From Eledone cirrhosa (taxonomy: Eukaryota), in NCBI GenBank assembly GCA_964016885.1, contig OZ024748.1:1054001-1118000 (forward strand): 64,000 nt of DNA. Reading direction: 5' to 3'. The notes beneath the pieces are model-generated. The model worked only from the letters and a program-made list of their open reading frames with translations. It ran no database searches and was not told the DNA's origin. Position 1 is the first letter of the stretch, and every line of letters begins with the position of its first letter. Shown here piece after piece: positions 1 to 13,682 of the stretch. The position numbers and the translations under genes are program-made.

Positions 1-133
1 TCGGTCGCAACTCCAGGTAGAAAGAGCAACGTGAAATAAAGTGTCTTGCTCAAGGACATAACGCATTACCCCGTTCCGGGATCGAACTCATGATTGTGAA
101 TCCAATTCTCTTATCACTCAGCCACACACCTTC
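1..133 (-). mobile_element. tRNA-headed SINE, family B (partial)
   Basis: Reverse complement of the element at 10360-10500; tRNA-like A box (gtggctgagtg) and B box (gttcgatcc), plus ttgagcaagacactttatttcacgttg core. Confidence 0.7.
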
Positions 134-357
134 ACATAAATAACGTACCAGTTAAATACTAGGGTCAATATAATCGATTGTGTCATTCCCGCAAATTGCC
201 GGCCTTGTGCTAATGTTAGAAAGAATTAACTCACAGAATAGGACAGTGGGAAAAGAATAGGAATTGGTAGAGCATCCTGGACATAATAACTTCCAGAGAA
301 GTAGAGGAAGTGAAAGAGATGTATAAGTTTCACAACTTCACTTTTTCCCTACATTAA

Positions 358-826
358 CCCTTTAGTATTTCCATTACTCTCTATATACTATTGTATTTTC
401 ACAGTAACGGCTTTACCTTACTTAATTATCTCACATAATATCTCACATAATTATCTCACATAATATCGAATCAATGAGATTTTGATATTATTTATTTTGA
501 GGACAATACTTTAACATAAGTATGAGTAGCTGGTTATGGCTGATTTGAACAGAAAGAGGTGAAAGAATTCCGGGCGGATTTGGTCGGGTTAACCCATTAG
601 CATTTACATTACTCTATATATACTATTGTATTTTCACGGTAAAGGCTTTACCTCATATAATTACCTCACATAATTATCTCACATAATATCGAATCTATTA
701 GATTTATATATTATTTATTTTAAGAACAATACCTTAACATGAGTATGAGTAGCAAGTTACAGCCGGTTTGAATAGAAAGAACTGAGATAATTCTGGCCGG
801 ATATGACTGGTTTAAATGCTAAATGG
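358..826. mobile_element. Two tandem TTAA-flanked piggyBac-type MITE copies (358-588, 593-826)
   Basis: TTAA at 354, 589 and 827; termini CCC(T/A)TTAG...CTAAATGG; the two bodies are clearly homologous. Confidence 0.65.
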
Positions 827-1114
827 TTAAAAGATATGCCGGGCTCCAAATTGAAGCTAAAAGGAAAGCAATGTCATTTTACTTTATCTTGAACAATTAC
901 TGAGACATTGCTGTCATTGTTTAACAAAACAATTAGAGGCAGTGGTGTTTGGTCAGAGTTTTCTCCCTTGGATTTATATTTGTCAACACATTCTTTTCTG
1001 TTTAATTTTTAAAATCATAATTTCATTTCTCGCTCTAGCATAACAGATACATAAATGGAACCCATACGTACATATGTGTGTGTATATATATATATATATA
1101 TACACATACATATA

Positions 1115-1598
1115 AAGTGTTAAAACGATCAAATTTTAGTTTAGAAAATTTATTTGCTGATAATTGTTTCTTCCAGAGGGAAGTTTGGATTCATTGGAGC
1201 ATAGGGAATGTCGAAACATGTGACTAAATCCTAGTCATTCAGAACATTTAGGGTACATAATTGTTGTTAGTGTCATAGACATCATTGTCTATCCTATCCC
1301 ACACCTTTCCTTGCTTATAACTTTTTTGCCTGTACTTTTTGCTTATACCTCTTACACTTTCAACCAGTGCTGCCTGTAATTGTGTTCTCTCAAGCATAAC
1401 GTCTTTTTAACTCCTGACTCTCCACATGATGTCTATGACATTAACAACAATTATGCACCCTAGATGTTCTGAATGACTAGGATTTTAGTCACATGCTTCG
1501 ACATTCCCTATGCTCCGATGATTCCAGACTTCCCCCTGGAAGAAACAATTGTCAGCAAATAAATGTTCTAAACTAAAATTTGATCGTTTTAAACACTT
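1115..1598. repeat. Inverted repeat with ~170-bp arms carrying a hammerhead motif
   Basis: 1115-1285 is the slightly diverged reverse complement of 1427-1598. Confidence 0.85.
1512..1556 (+). ncRNA. Hammerhead-like motif, CCGAUGA core variant
   Basis: gct-CCGATGA-TTCCAG/CTGGAA-GAAA-CAATTG-TC-agc, followed by AATAAA. Confidence 0.6.
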
Positions 1599-1733
1599 GA
1601 AAATTTGCATTGAGCCTTTTGTCATATCGGTAACCGGCTAGTACTTAGTGCTACCCTCCATATTTATAGTTGTATTAAACATATATAAATATAAATATTC
1701 TTCTTATATACATATATACATATATATGTATGT

Positions 1734-1885
<152 letters not shown>

Positions 1886-2116
1886 ACCTCTGATCAAATC
1901 CTCAGAATACGAAAGAATTCACACATAGCTTGGTATATATATGTATGAATTCTTTCGTATTCTGAGGATTTGATCAGAGGTAAACACACTGTATTGGAGA
2001 TCGAGTCACGCAACTTCGAGCGATTAGGGGCCTCTAGACTCACCTGATCAATGAGACAATTGTTAATACTTGAAATAAAGCCCCTTGTACAGTCTACCGT
2101 GTTACTCTTCAATCTT

Positions 2117-2167
<51 letters not shown>

Positions 2168-2720
2168 GAGTTCAAATCGGTCTTTATTTTGAATCACGAT
2201 GTGTCAGTTCCGTCACCAATTAATCAACAACAACAATATACAACAAGAAAATTAGAGACTTCCATTTATCTTCGTCAACAATACACAATATAACACAGTA
2301 TAATATAACATTAGAAAGAGTAACAGAGAATAACAAGTGTCAATCATGGGCCATAACTCTTACAATGTTTACAGACATCTTGGGTTTAATTTTATTTCAA
2401 TTGTACATATTGATTTCGTTTTTTTTCTTCTTTTATTCCATTTTTATTTGTGCTTGACTCAAAGTTTCAAGTTGTTTTGCTGCTGATCTAATTTCCGGAG
2501 AAGTTGTATACACACATTATGTGTGTGTGTATTATGTATAAATGTATAAATGTATACTCACACACATATAAATATATATATTTGTATGTACAAGATATAA
2601 TATATACATATATATATTTGTATGTATAAGATATGAGATATATATATATATATACATATATATATATGCACACATGTACACAAACATATATATGTATGTA
2701 TATATGTATATACGCATATG

Positions 2721-2765
<45 letters not shown>

Positions 2766-2786
2766 TATATGTTATATGTATATATG

Positions 2787-2902
<116 letters not shown>

Positions 2903-2905
2903 CTA

Positions 2906-2955
<50 letters not shown>

Positions 2956-2992
2956 CATATATATATATATATACATATATACATATATATAA

Positions 2993-3283
2993 AAGAGAAA
3001 ACACAGGTAAGCATTAAGAGAAAGATTTTATCCAGGTATTTACGACCGTTTCATTGGTAAGTGCACCCTTATATTGCTATACTGCAAATAGCAGCCACTC
3101 AATGATAATTGTTGTTCACGTCCAAATTTTCAAAATATTTTGAAAATTTGGACGTGAACAACAATTATCATTGAGTGGCTGCTATTTGCAGTATAGCAAT
3201 ATAAGGTTGCACTTACCAATGAAACGGTCGTAAATACCTGAATAAAATCCTTTTCTTAATGCTTACCTGTGTTTTTGCTTTTA
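2993..3283. repeat. Near-perfect ~290-bp palindrome next to (TA)n
   Basis: Centre near 3136 (ttttcaaaat/attttgaaaa); the right arm carries GAAACGGTCGTA and AATAAA. Confidence 0.9.
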
Positions 3284-3534
3284 TACTTTATACTCCAAGA
3301 TTGAACGGAATTCTTAAAAACTTGTGGAGTTACCCCTAACCGTACGTTGAAACCGTCCATGAAACTGGCTTTCTTAACCACGAACTGGATCACAATAAGC
3401 AATTTTCTGCTTCCCTAACTACATATATATATATATATAAAGTGGAAGGGATATTTAATTTGTTAGAAATTCAACAAATATAAATGTTTATAACTGATTC
3501 AGAGCACTCGACAGTTTTCTGGAGTAAATATTCA

Positions 3535-3880
3535 ATGATATTAAATAAATGGAAACTATATTTATAAAACCATATTTATTCTATTATATATATTTCAAGG
3601 GTACCAAAAACTTTGGTACGCTTTCATCAGATAAAATACAAAGAGTGTTTTATAAATTTTGACATAGTGAAGGAAAATTAGTTCAATACTCCTTGGGTAC
3701 AACCCAAGGAGTATTCAACTGATAAGGTATGTTTTCCTTGGCTATGTCAAAATTTATAAAACACTCTTTTTATTTTATCTGATGAAAGCGTACCAAAGTT
3801 TTTGGTACCCTTGAAATATATATAATAGAATAAATATGGTTTTATAAATATAGTTTCTATTTATTTAATATCATTGAATA
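3535..3880. repeat. Palindromic Penelope-type terminal repeat, family A
   Basis: The arms are reverse complements and each carries a hammerhead core; related copies at 7100, 7790 and 57330-57670. Confidence 0.85.
3771..3832 (+). ncRNA. Minimal type-I hammerhead ribozyme (family A)
   Basis: tattttat-CTGATGA-aagcgtaccaaa/tttggtaccctt-GAAA-TATATA-TA-atagaata. Confidence 0.75.
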
Positions 3881-4393
3881 TATATTGTTATACTTGGGGA
3901 GGGTCATATTTGTGTAATATTGCCAGAATTAATAACAGAACACACTCACTGTTTGGTTGGTTTTCGCTTTTCGCTTCTGTGTCTTTTATATCGGTAATCT
4001 AATTTATTCGGTCTCAATGTTGCCATTGACTGACCAACGGTCAAAAATACAGATACAATATAGACACAAACACATATATATAGTTTATCAAAGTTCTTTC
4101 GTTGCACATCTGCAACATCGTCAGTGGTGCTATTGTTTCCTCCCGTTGCATTGTATTTTCTACGCCATCTTTATTTAGTCTGTTTATATATTTATTTATT
4201 TATTTGTTTATTTTATTTTGTCTTCTTTGCGCATGCGTTTGCGTGTGTGTATAGTGTTTTGTTTGATGTGTGTTCGTGATTGGGTGGCTGTGTATTGGTT
4301 AATGTATTCTATCTTTACTAGTGTGTGTTTATATGTGTTTGTTGTTATTGTGCTTGTGTATGTATTTATTTATTTATTTATCTATTTATTTAT

Positions 4394-4830
4394 TTATACT
4401 TCTCTTAGGTCAGTGTTATTTGTTTGGGTGTTGTTGTTATTCCATTCATTTTTTCTGTTTAGCCTTGGCCATCTAAGTTCTATTTCACTGGCCTCTCTGA
4501 TTTGCCTATCTGCTGGGTCATTTCTATGTTTAGATATTATTCTAATTTCTATGTTGTCTATGTTACCGTCGTGTTGTTGTCTGGCATGTTCGTATAGTAC
4601 TGAACCGTTTTTTCGTCCTTTTAGTTCCCCCCAGTGTTGGTCTATTCTTTCACCTATGCTACGAGCTGTCTCGCTTATGTATGTTGTTGTCATGTTTCTG
4701 CAAGAACCCTCTGTACATCTTATCACTTCCTTCCACCCCATATTTTCTTCCTCGTCTGCTTTTCCCCTTTCGCTTACCCCGATGCAGCCCATCGGGCCTC
4801 TGTAACATCAGTTCCCACACCCCTGTAATT
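4394..4830 (-). mobile_element. Penelope-like element GIY-YIG endonuclease fragment
   Basis: C..C...YISETARSIGERIDQH...SVLYEH...H...RQIREA..I...PRLNRKNE is the typical Penelope GIY-YIG C-terminus. Confidence 0.8.
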
Positions 4831-5308
4831 TTAAGATAGTATTGGCCGAATACGTTTTACTAACTACTTATAGCAGACGTGTTAAACCCCTTTTATTTTG
4901 TATCAGTTCTGGTACTACTAAATTTCTACAAGTTTTTTCTATTCTCAACTTATTAACCTGTAATTGTAAAATAGCATTGTGATTTTTTTTTGATTCTTTA
5001 TTTTTATTCATTTCTCACTATCTAATTTTATATATTTTTTAATTTCTTTCTATTATGTTTTATTGTCTCCTACTCTCATTGGATTTACCTATTCTATAAC
5101 CTCCCTCCTCCACTTCATACACTATCCTTAGAATTTGCTGTATACATATCACTTTCAACGCTTGACCGGCTCCACTCACTCCCCTATTGTTCTACAGGCA
5201 ATTCCAGCCACCCCTACCTCCCACCAAATGCCATGATAGACTTATTTGTGTTTACAACAAATTTTAACCAATCCTCTTGACAACTACAATCTTCCCATAT
5301 AAGGAAGT

Positions 5309-5405
5309 ACCCCCTTGACAAGTTCGGCTATTTATTCACCAGGCTAAAAATACTAATTTAGTCCGGAAATAGCCGTCGAAACGGCTTGAGCTCTGCCGCC
5401 GGGGT
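5309..5405 (+). ncRNA. Hammerhead-like motif with U3:A8 core (UUGACAA)
   Basis: acccc-TTGACAA-cggctattt/aaatagccg-GAAA-CGGC/GCCG-(CC here, TC in the copy at 31281)-ggggt. Confidence 0.6.
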
Positions 5406-5496
5406 CATACTTTTTCCTATTTCCCAGTCTACTACTCTAAGTATTGAGTACTCAGGTGCGTAATGGTCCATCTGGTTTCTTACCACATTTCCTTTG

Positions 5497-5625
<129 letters not shown>

Positions 5626-5855
5626 TATATATATATAGTTTTAATATAGATGAGATTCTACAGGACTAGAAATCTTCAGGAATCTGGCTCTATATTAAAA
5701 CTTTTATACTCTGCTATGTATTGAGTACCTTACTTACTGTGGTTACCTCCGATTCAACCCGGAATAACTTACCTATATATATATGTGTGTGTGTATATAA
5801 GATCCTCTTTTGGTGTCATCGATTCCTGTCATGTTGTCTTTGTTTTTATCTCGAT

Positions 5856-6355
5856 TTATCGAAACAAAGACAAAGACGCTAGACCAACTAAGATGAGTAC
5901 CACGTGACAGATCTGTGGAAGAGGTGTCGGGGCTGAGTTTCCGGTATAGGTAGGTGGTGTTACATAGGACCTGCCTAGGGTTGAAGACACGTAAGATGGC
6001 TCTAACTCTTGTGATGATGATGATGATGATGATGACGATGTCGACGATGATGGTGATGGGGATGATGATGACGATAATGATGGTGATGATTTCTGAGGTG
6101 GTATTAACGATGTCCTCGCTAGTAATATCGTTTCTAATGCTTCCGCTGTTAGTGTTACACTCTCTACGTCTTTCTCTGGTGCCGTGGTCGTGATTAATGG
6201 CGGAGGTTGTGGCAATGGAGCGGGCTTCGGTTTCATGAGTTTCGTGACGGCAGTATCTCCTTTATTTGGTGAGGGTTCCAGGTTTAAGATATCACATAAA
6301 AATGGATAAATGTCCACAGCATTAAGCCAAGGTACCACGGCATTTCTACGGAAAT
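5856..6355 (-). CDS. ENPP6: ENPP6-like last coding exon: end of catalytic domain, Ser/Thr/Pro stalk, hydrophobic GPI-type tail
   Basis: ttgttag acceptor with compatible phase; VDIYPFLCDILNLEPSPNKG motif; ends ICHVVLILVGLASLSLFR-TAA. Confidence 0.9.
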
Positions 6356-6524
6356 CTAACAAAGAAGCGGATAAAAAACAAAAGATAAGTACCACTGGGT
6401 AGAATTGGTCTTTCTGCAGTGTAAATCATGATGTAATATGAGAAAAGCACTCGACGTTATGCAATTCATCCATTTTCATGTTGTTGGTGCGGGACCGGAT
6501 TTTAGTCGTCACATTTAATATTAT

Positions 6525-6593
<69 letters not shown>

Positions 6594-6672
6594 AATGACA
6601 GGAGGCCAAATATGTTGAATTTCCTGCATTTTTTAAAGGAAATTCAACATATAGTTTCCATTTATTAATATC

Positions 6673-6742
<70 letters not shown>

Positions 6743-6828
6743 ATAATAATAAATGTGAAGACTAAAATCCGAAGAGGGCTCAATAAGGATAAATATATAT
6801 CAACTATATAAGAACCGTAGAGCAAATA

Positions 6829-6975
6829 TTTATTAAAATAATAGATTAAAGTTTAAGCAAAGAATCACTGCTTTCACCCCTAACGGGATCTTCTGAAACT
6901 AGTTACAGAAGAAGATCCGGTTAAGGGTGAAAGCAGCGATTCTTTGCTTAAACTTTAATCTGTTATTTTAATATA
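6829..6975. repeat. Palindrome with CAGAAGA-core hammerhead-like motif
   Basis: Minus strand reads agttt-CAGAAGA-tccc/gggt-GAAA-gca/tgc-TT-aaact; another copy at 34010-34080. Confidence 0.6.
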
Positions 6976-7097
6976 TATATATATATACACAATGTACATC
7001 CTAAGAAATTTTGAGATTTTAAATCACATGCCCATTTTAAGTTGACCGTATGAGGTCTATTTTTGGGGTATGTCACTAACTTATACACCAAATATTG

Positions 7098-7160
7098 TAT
7101 TTTATCTGATGAAAGCATACTAAATATTAGTATGATAGAAATATATATAATGAAATAAAT
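7098..7160 (+). ncRNA. Hammerhead motif (family A variant)
   Basis: CTGATGA at 7106, catactaa/ttagtatg stem, GAAA at 7138, then TATATATA. Confidence 0.6.
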
Positions 7161-7194
7161 ATGATGCTATAGTGTTATATATTCCGTTTATTAC

Positions 7195-7269
<75 letters not shown>

Positions 7270-7270
7270 C

Positions 7271-7307
<37 letters not shown>

Positions 7308-7351
7308 AGTCTATATATATATATATGTGTGTATGTGTGTGTGTGTGAGTA

Positions 7352-7481
<130 letters not shown>

Positions 7482-7783
7482 TATGTATATAAGCAGAAGG
7501 GATATTCAATTTGTTGGTAATTCAACAAATATATATGTTTATAACTGATTCAGAGCACTCGACAAGTTTTATGGAGTATAATATACAATCATATTAAATA
7601 AATGGAAACTATATTTATAAAACCATATTTATTCTATTATCAGATAATTGTTTCTACTTTAGGCACAAGGCCAGCAATTACCCAGTGCATTACTGGTACT
7701 TTATTTTATCGACCAGGATGAAAGGCAAAGTCAACCTCGGCGGGATAGATAATGGTCATGTCAAATATTTATAAAACATTTTG

Positions 7784-7846
7784 TATTTTATCTGATGAAA
7801 GGGTACCAAAGTTTTTGGTACCCTTGAAATATATATAATAGAATAA
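7784..7846 (+). ncRNA. Hammerhead motif (family A, perfect stem II)
   Basis: CTGATGA at 7792, aagggtaccaaa/tttggtaccctt stem, GAAA at 7826. Confidence 0.78.
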
Positions 7847-7870
7847 ATTGGTTTTATAAATATAGTTTCC

Positions 7871-7943
<73 letters not shown>

Positions 7944-8229
7944 GTATATAAACGGAAAAAATGAAACGAAATTTCATTTCGCACTCTTAGTACGGCTGTT
8001 ACTTAAATATAACTATGTATACGTACATACATATATGTATACAGACGTACAGTAGTATGTATATATATATATATACATACATGCATTACACATATATATA
8101 CACATATATATACACCGAGCATTATAATAAATGTTCGGTGAATCCATACGTACATATATATATATATATGTGCATGTATGTATATATATATACATACTAC
8201 TGTACGTCTGTAAACATATATGTATATAC

Positions 8230-8355
<126 letters not shown>

Positions 8356-8371
8356 ATATGTATATATATGT

Positions 8372-8631
<260 letters not shown>

Positions 8632-8733
8632 TATATACATATATGTATATATATAAATGTGTGTGTGTACATATATTTATACACGTAAACAGTGCATTCC
8701 ATTCCCACACTATCCCAGATGTTTACATACACA

Positions 8734-8736
<3 letters not shown>

Positions 8737-8800
<64 letters not shown>

Positions 8801-8801
8801 A

Positions 8802-8842
<41 letters not shown>

Positions 8843-8915
8843 ACTACTACTACTATTACTACTATTACTACTGCTGCTACTACTACTACTACTACTGCTT
8901 CTGCTTCTGCTTCTG

Positions 8916-8962
<47 letters not shown>

Positions 8963-9005
8963 GCTAGTACTACTACTGCTACTGCTGCTACTACTACTGC
9001 TAGTG
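8737..9005. repeat. (CTA)n/(CTG)n trinucleotide array
   Basis: Direct reading. Confidence 0.95.
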
Positions 9006-9130
9006 CTACATTGCTATCAACCCAGTTACCATGCAGACCCCCTCCTACATATTCACTCAAACCATGCAGACCCCTCCCACATGTTCACTCAAACCATGAA
9101 GATACTCTCCCACATGTTCCAGTTACTCAC

Positions 9131-9236
9131 CAGGACCTACACCTGCGAAAATCCCTCTCATGTCAGAATATTCGTTGTCGTATCCATGGTAACCGCCTAT
9201 GGGTTTTCCATTGCTCCTGGGGAACGCCTTCGCCGG
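9131..9236 (-). CDS. ENPP6: ENPP6-like exon (PAKAFPRSNGKPIGGYHGYDNEYSDMRGIFAGVGP)
   Basis: tttcag/gtgagt splice sites; 106 bp; GxHGYDN and DMRGIFxxxGP motifs. Confidence 0.93.
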
Positions 9237-9261
9237 CTGAAAAGAGAAATAAGACAGAAGC

Positions 9262-9300
<39 letters not shown>

Positions 9301-9331
9301 GGTGGTGGTGGTGGTGGTGGTGGTGGTGGTG

Positions 9332-9426
<95 letters not shown>

Positions 9427-9484
9427 GGTGGTGGTGGTGGTGGTGGTGGTGGTGGTGGTGGTGGTGGTGGTGGTGGTGGTGGTG

Positions 9485-9534
<50 letters not shown>

Positions 9535-9789
9535 GGTGGTGGTGGTAGTAGTAGTAGTAGTAATAGTAGTAGTAGTAGTAGTCATAGTAGTGGTAGTGGT
9601 GGTACTGGTGGTAATAGTTGTAGTAGTGGTGGTGATGGTGTTGGTGGTAGTAGTAGTAGTGGTGGTGTTGGTAGTAGTAGTAGTAGTAGTAGTAGTAATA
9701 GTAGTAGTAGTAGTGGTTGTGGTGTTGCTGGTGGTAGTAATAGTAGTAATAGTGGTGATGGTGTTGGTAGTAGTAGTAGTAGTAGCAGC

Positions 9790-9826
<37 letters not shown>

Positions 9827-9827
9827 A

Positions 9828-9888
<61 letters not shown>
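9262..9888. repeat. (GTA)n/(GTG)n trinucleotide array
   Basis: Direct reading. Confidence 0.95.
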
Positions 9889-9889
<1 letters not shown>

Positions 9890-10048
9890 TGCCCGCCTGT
9901 TTATGCAAAGCTACAGTGTCCGATATTCACTTCAGATGTAACTAACACACCCCACCTCCCCGCCGTCACTTATATAAAAACAGCAAATCAGCAAAACAAC
10001 AACAACACCAACAGAATCACAGAAGAGCCTTTTGATGAGGAAACTCAC

Positions 10049-10192
10049 ATGTCTTATGATGTACCAGCCTAGATCAGCAATACCAACAATAGGAGGTACA
10101 CGGTAATGATTCTTCAGTCTCCATCGTTCTGGAATATCTTCTTTGAGGTAAATAGTAAAGTTTGGATGATAATTCTTCAGTGATTTATAAAC
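10049..10192 (-). CDS. ENPP6: ENPP6-like exon (VYKSLKNYHPNFTIYLKEDIPERWRLKNHYRVPPIVGIADLGWYIIRH)
   Basis: aacag/gtgagt splice sites; 144 bp, phase 0-0; YxKExIPxR and ADxGW motifs; not in the ORF track. Confidence 0.9.
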
Positions 10193-10359
10193 CTGTTTGA
10201 AAATAAGGAATAATTACTGTTATATTCTTTTAGTGGTGCACTGCCTTCATTTAGTCTATTATATAGACCTCAGTATTTACTTTTCAAGTCGAGTACTTAT
10301 TTTACTCCATAAGGATGGAACGCGCATTCACCGCAGTAGATAGAGGAAACTATAGCGAT

Positions 10360-10690
10360 GAAGGCGTGTGGCTGAGTGGTTAGAGAATTGGTTTCGCAAT
10401 TGTGAGGTTTGTGAGGTCGGTTCCGGACCAGGCGATGTGTTATGTCCTTGAACAAGATACTTTATTTCACGTTGTTCCTTCTACCTGGAGTTGTGACCGA
10501 TATAGAGTGTTAGCAATTAGAAAGACCAATGGAAACATTGTTTCCTCGGTCCGATTTAACGAAAGTCGATCGACTGTCCAAGGATGGAAGGCAAAGCTAA
10601 TCTCAAGGCGTTTGAATTCAGAACATAAAGGGATGTAACTCTATGCTGCGAAGCATGGTGTCCGAAGCTCCACCGATTCTGCCATTGAAT
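10360..10690. mobile_element. SINE family B (+, 10360-10500) followed by diverged SINE family A (-, ~10560-10690)
   Basis: Homology to other copies in the window. Confidence 0.65.
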
Positions 10691-10919
10691 AATAATATGA
10701 ATAATAATGGTTTCTAGCTTACAACAACAACAGCAACAAGAGCAACAACAACAGCAACAACAACAAAAACAAAATGACATCAATAGCAACAACAACAACA
10801 ACGCTGTAGCCATTGAGATTTAAAGGTTTTAGCGACAACATGATAAAAAAAGCTATCCCCGCGATTACTAACTCACTACTCCACCTTGATCAATAGACAC
10901 ACAAAAAATCCTTCCTTAC

Positions 10920-11212
10920 CGATTTTAATTTGCCTTCTCTCGGCCACAGACTGAGGAATATGGAGCCATATATATGATGGATATGTTCCATATTCAATAC
11001 AGGATTCAGATCGATAGCTCGATTAGGTGAGATCTCTGACATGCCGTGATCAGATGTTAGAATGATATTCACATCATTTTCAAGATGATGTATTTTTAAC
11101 TGAACTAACAGATCCTGGATCACCTCACTGCTCTCATTCAGTACTGAGTTCAATTCTGGGCTGTTTGGGCCATAATTGTGACCCATCTTATCTGTTAATT
11201 CGAAGTAGATGC
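10920..11212 (-). CDS. ENPP6: ENPP6-like exon (GIYFELTDKMGHNYGP...SDHGM...SLWPREGKLKS)
   Basis: aacag/gtaagg splice sites; 293 bp; carries the metal-ligand motifs DxxGHxYGP and SDHGM. Confidence 0.93.
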
Positions 11213-11239
11213 CTGTTAAATAGAACAATCACGAATTTA

Positions 11240-13445
11240 TATACATAATATACATAATATATAATATATATAATATATATAATATATATAATATATATAA
11301 TATATGATATAATATACATAATATACATAACATATGATATAATATAATATAATATAGTATAATATAATATAGTATAATATAATATAATATAGTATAATAT
11401 CATATAGTATAATATAATATAGTATAATATAATATAGTATGATATAATATAGTATAATATAATATAATATAGTATAATATAATATAGTATAATATAATTG
11501 TTTCTACTTTTGGCACAAGGCCAGCAATTATCCCAGTGTATTACTGGTACTTTATTTTATCGACCCCGTAAGGATGAAAGGCAAAGTTAACCTCGGCGGG
11601 ATTTGAACTCAAACCATAAAGGGCCGTAACTCTTTGCTGCAAAGCATGGCGTCCGACCCTCTACCGATACTGCCAATCCAACAGAATGATATATTATAAT
11701 ATAACATAATATAATATAACAGTATAATATAATATGATATAGTATAATATTATAAAATATAATATGATATGATATAATATAATATAATATAGTATAATAT
11801 AATATAATATAATATAATATAATATAATATAATATAATATAATATAGTATAATATAATATAATATAATATAATATAATATAGTATAATATAATATAATAT
11901 AGTATAATATAATATAGTATAATATAATATAGTATAATATAATATAATATAGTATAATATAATATAGTATAATATAATATAATATTATATATAATATAAT
12001 ATAATATAATATAGTATAATATAATATAATATAATATAATATAATATAATATAATATAATATAATATAATATAATATAATATAATATAATATAATATAGT
12101 ATAATATAATATAATATAATATAATATAATATAATATAATATAATATAATATAATATAGTATAATATAATATAATATAGTATAATATAATATAGTATAAT
12201 ATAATATAGTATAATATAATATAATATAATATAGTATAATATAATATAGTATAATATAATATAATATAATATTATATATAATATAATATAATATAATATA
12301 ATATAATATTAGTATAGTATAGTATAGTATAGTATAATATAATATATTATAATATAATATAATATAATATAATATAGTATAGTATAGTATAATATAATAT
12401 AGTATAGTATAATATAATATAGTATAGTATAATATAGTATAGTATAATATAATATAATATAATATAATATAATATAGTATAATATAATATAATAAAATAT
12501 AACATAATATAATAGTTTCTACTATTGACACAAGGCCAGCAAATACCTAGTACATTACTGGTACTTTATTTTATCGACCCCGTAAGGATGAAAGGCAAAG
12601 TTAACCCTGGCGGGATTTGAACTCGGACCATAAAGGGCCGTAACTCTTTGCAGCAAAGCATTGCGTCTGACACTCTACCGATACTGCCAATCCACCGCCC
12701 TAATATATAGTATAATATAACATAGTATGATATAATATAGTATGATATAATATAATATAATATAATATGGTATAATATAATATAATATAATATAATATAA
12801 TATAATATAATATAATATAATATAATATAGTATGATATAATATAATATAGTATAATATAATATAATATAGTATAATATAATATAGTATGATATAATATAA
12901 TATAGTACGATATAATATAATATAGTATAATATAATTGTTTCTACGTTAGGCACAAGGCCAACAATTAACCAGTGCATTACTGGTACTTTATTTTATCGA
13001 CCCCGTAAGGATGAAAGGCAAAGTCAACCTCGGCGGGATTTGAACTCAGATCGTAAAGGGACGTAACTATGCTGGAAAGCATAGTATAGTATAATATAAT
13101 ATAATATAGTATGATATAATATAATATAATATAATATAATATAGTATGATATAATATAGTATGATATAATTTAATATAATATAACAATATAATATGATAT
13201 AATTTAATATAATATATGATATAATATAATATAATTGTTTCTACTTTTGGCACAAGGCCAGTAATTATCTCAGTACATTACTGGTACTTTATTTAATCGA
13301 CGCCCGTAAGGATGAAAGGCAAAGTTAACCTCGGCGTGATTTGAACTCAGACCATAAAGGGCCATAACTCTATGCTGTAAAGCATGTCGTCCGACTCTCT
13401 ACCGATACTGCCAATCCAATATAATGTAATATAATATAATATAAT
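11240..13445 (-). mobile_element. Array of four family-A SINEs (11495-11680, 12511-12700, 12933-13083, 13232-13418) separated by (TATAA)n tracts
   Basis: Repeated ~190-bp unit: tggattggcagtatcggtagag...gttcaaatcc...gcctttcatccttacggggtcgataaaataaagtaccag...agtagaaacaatta. Confidence 0.85.
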
Positions 13446-13611
13446 CTATCTATCTATCTATCTGTCTTTCTGTCTGTTTGTCTATCAATTTATTTATTTG
13501 TTTATTTATTTATTTGTTTATTTGTTTATTCATTCATTTATTTGGTCATTAATACTCTCATTAAACAGCTGACTTATTGGCGTTAATTAGAGTTTCATGT
13601 GTCATATATCT

Positions 13612-13682
<71 letters not shown>

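Noticed and set aside
235-348. AG/GT-bounded 114-bp open segment on the minus strand
   Set aside because: No polypyrimidine tract (it abuts a MITE) and no recognisable homology.
8657-10072. 471-aa plus-strand ORF
   Set aside because: It is made of trinucleotide arrays antisense to real ENPP6 exons.
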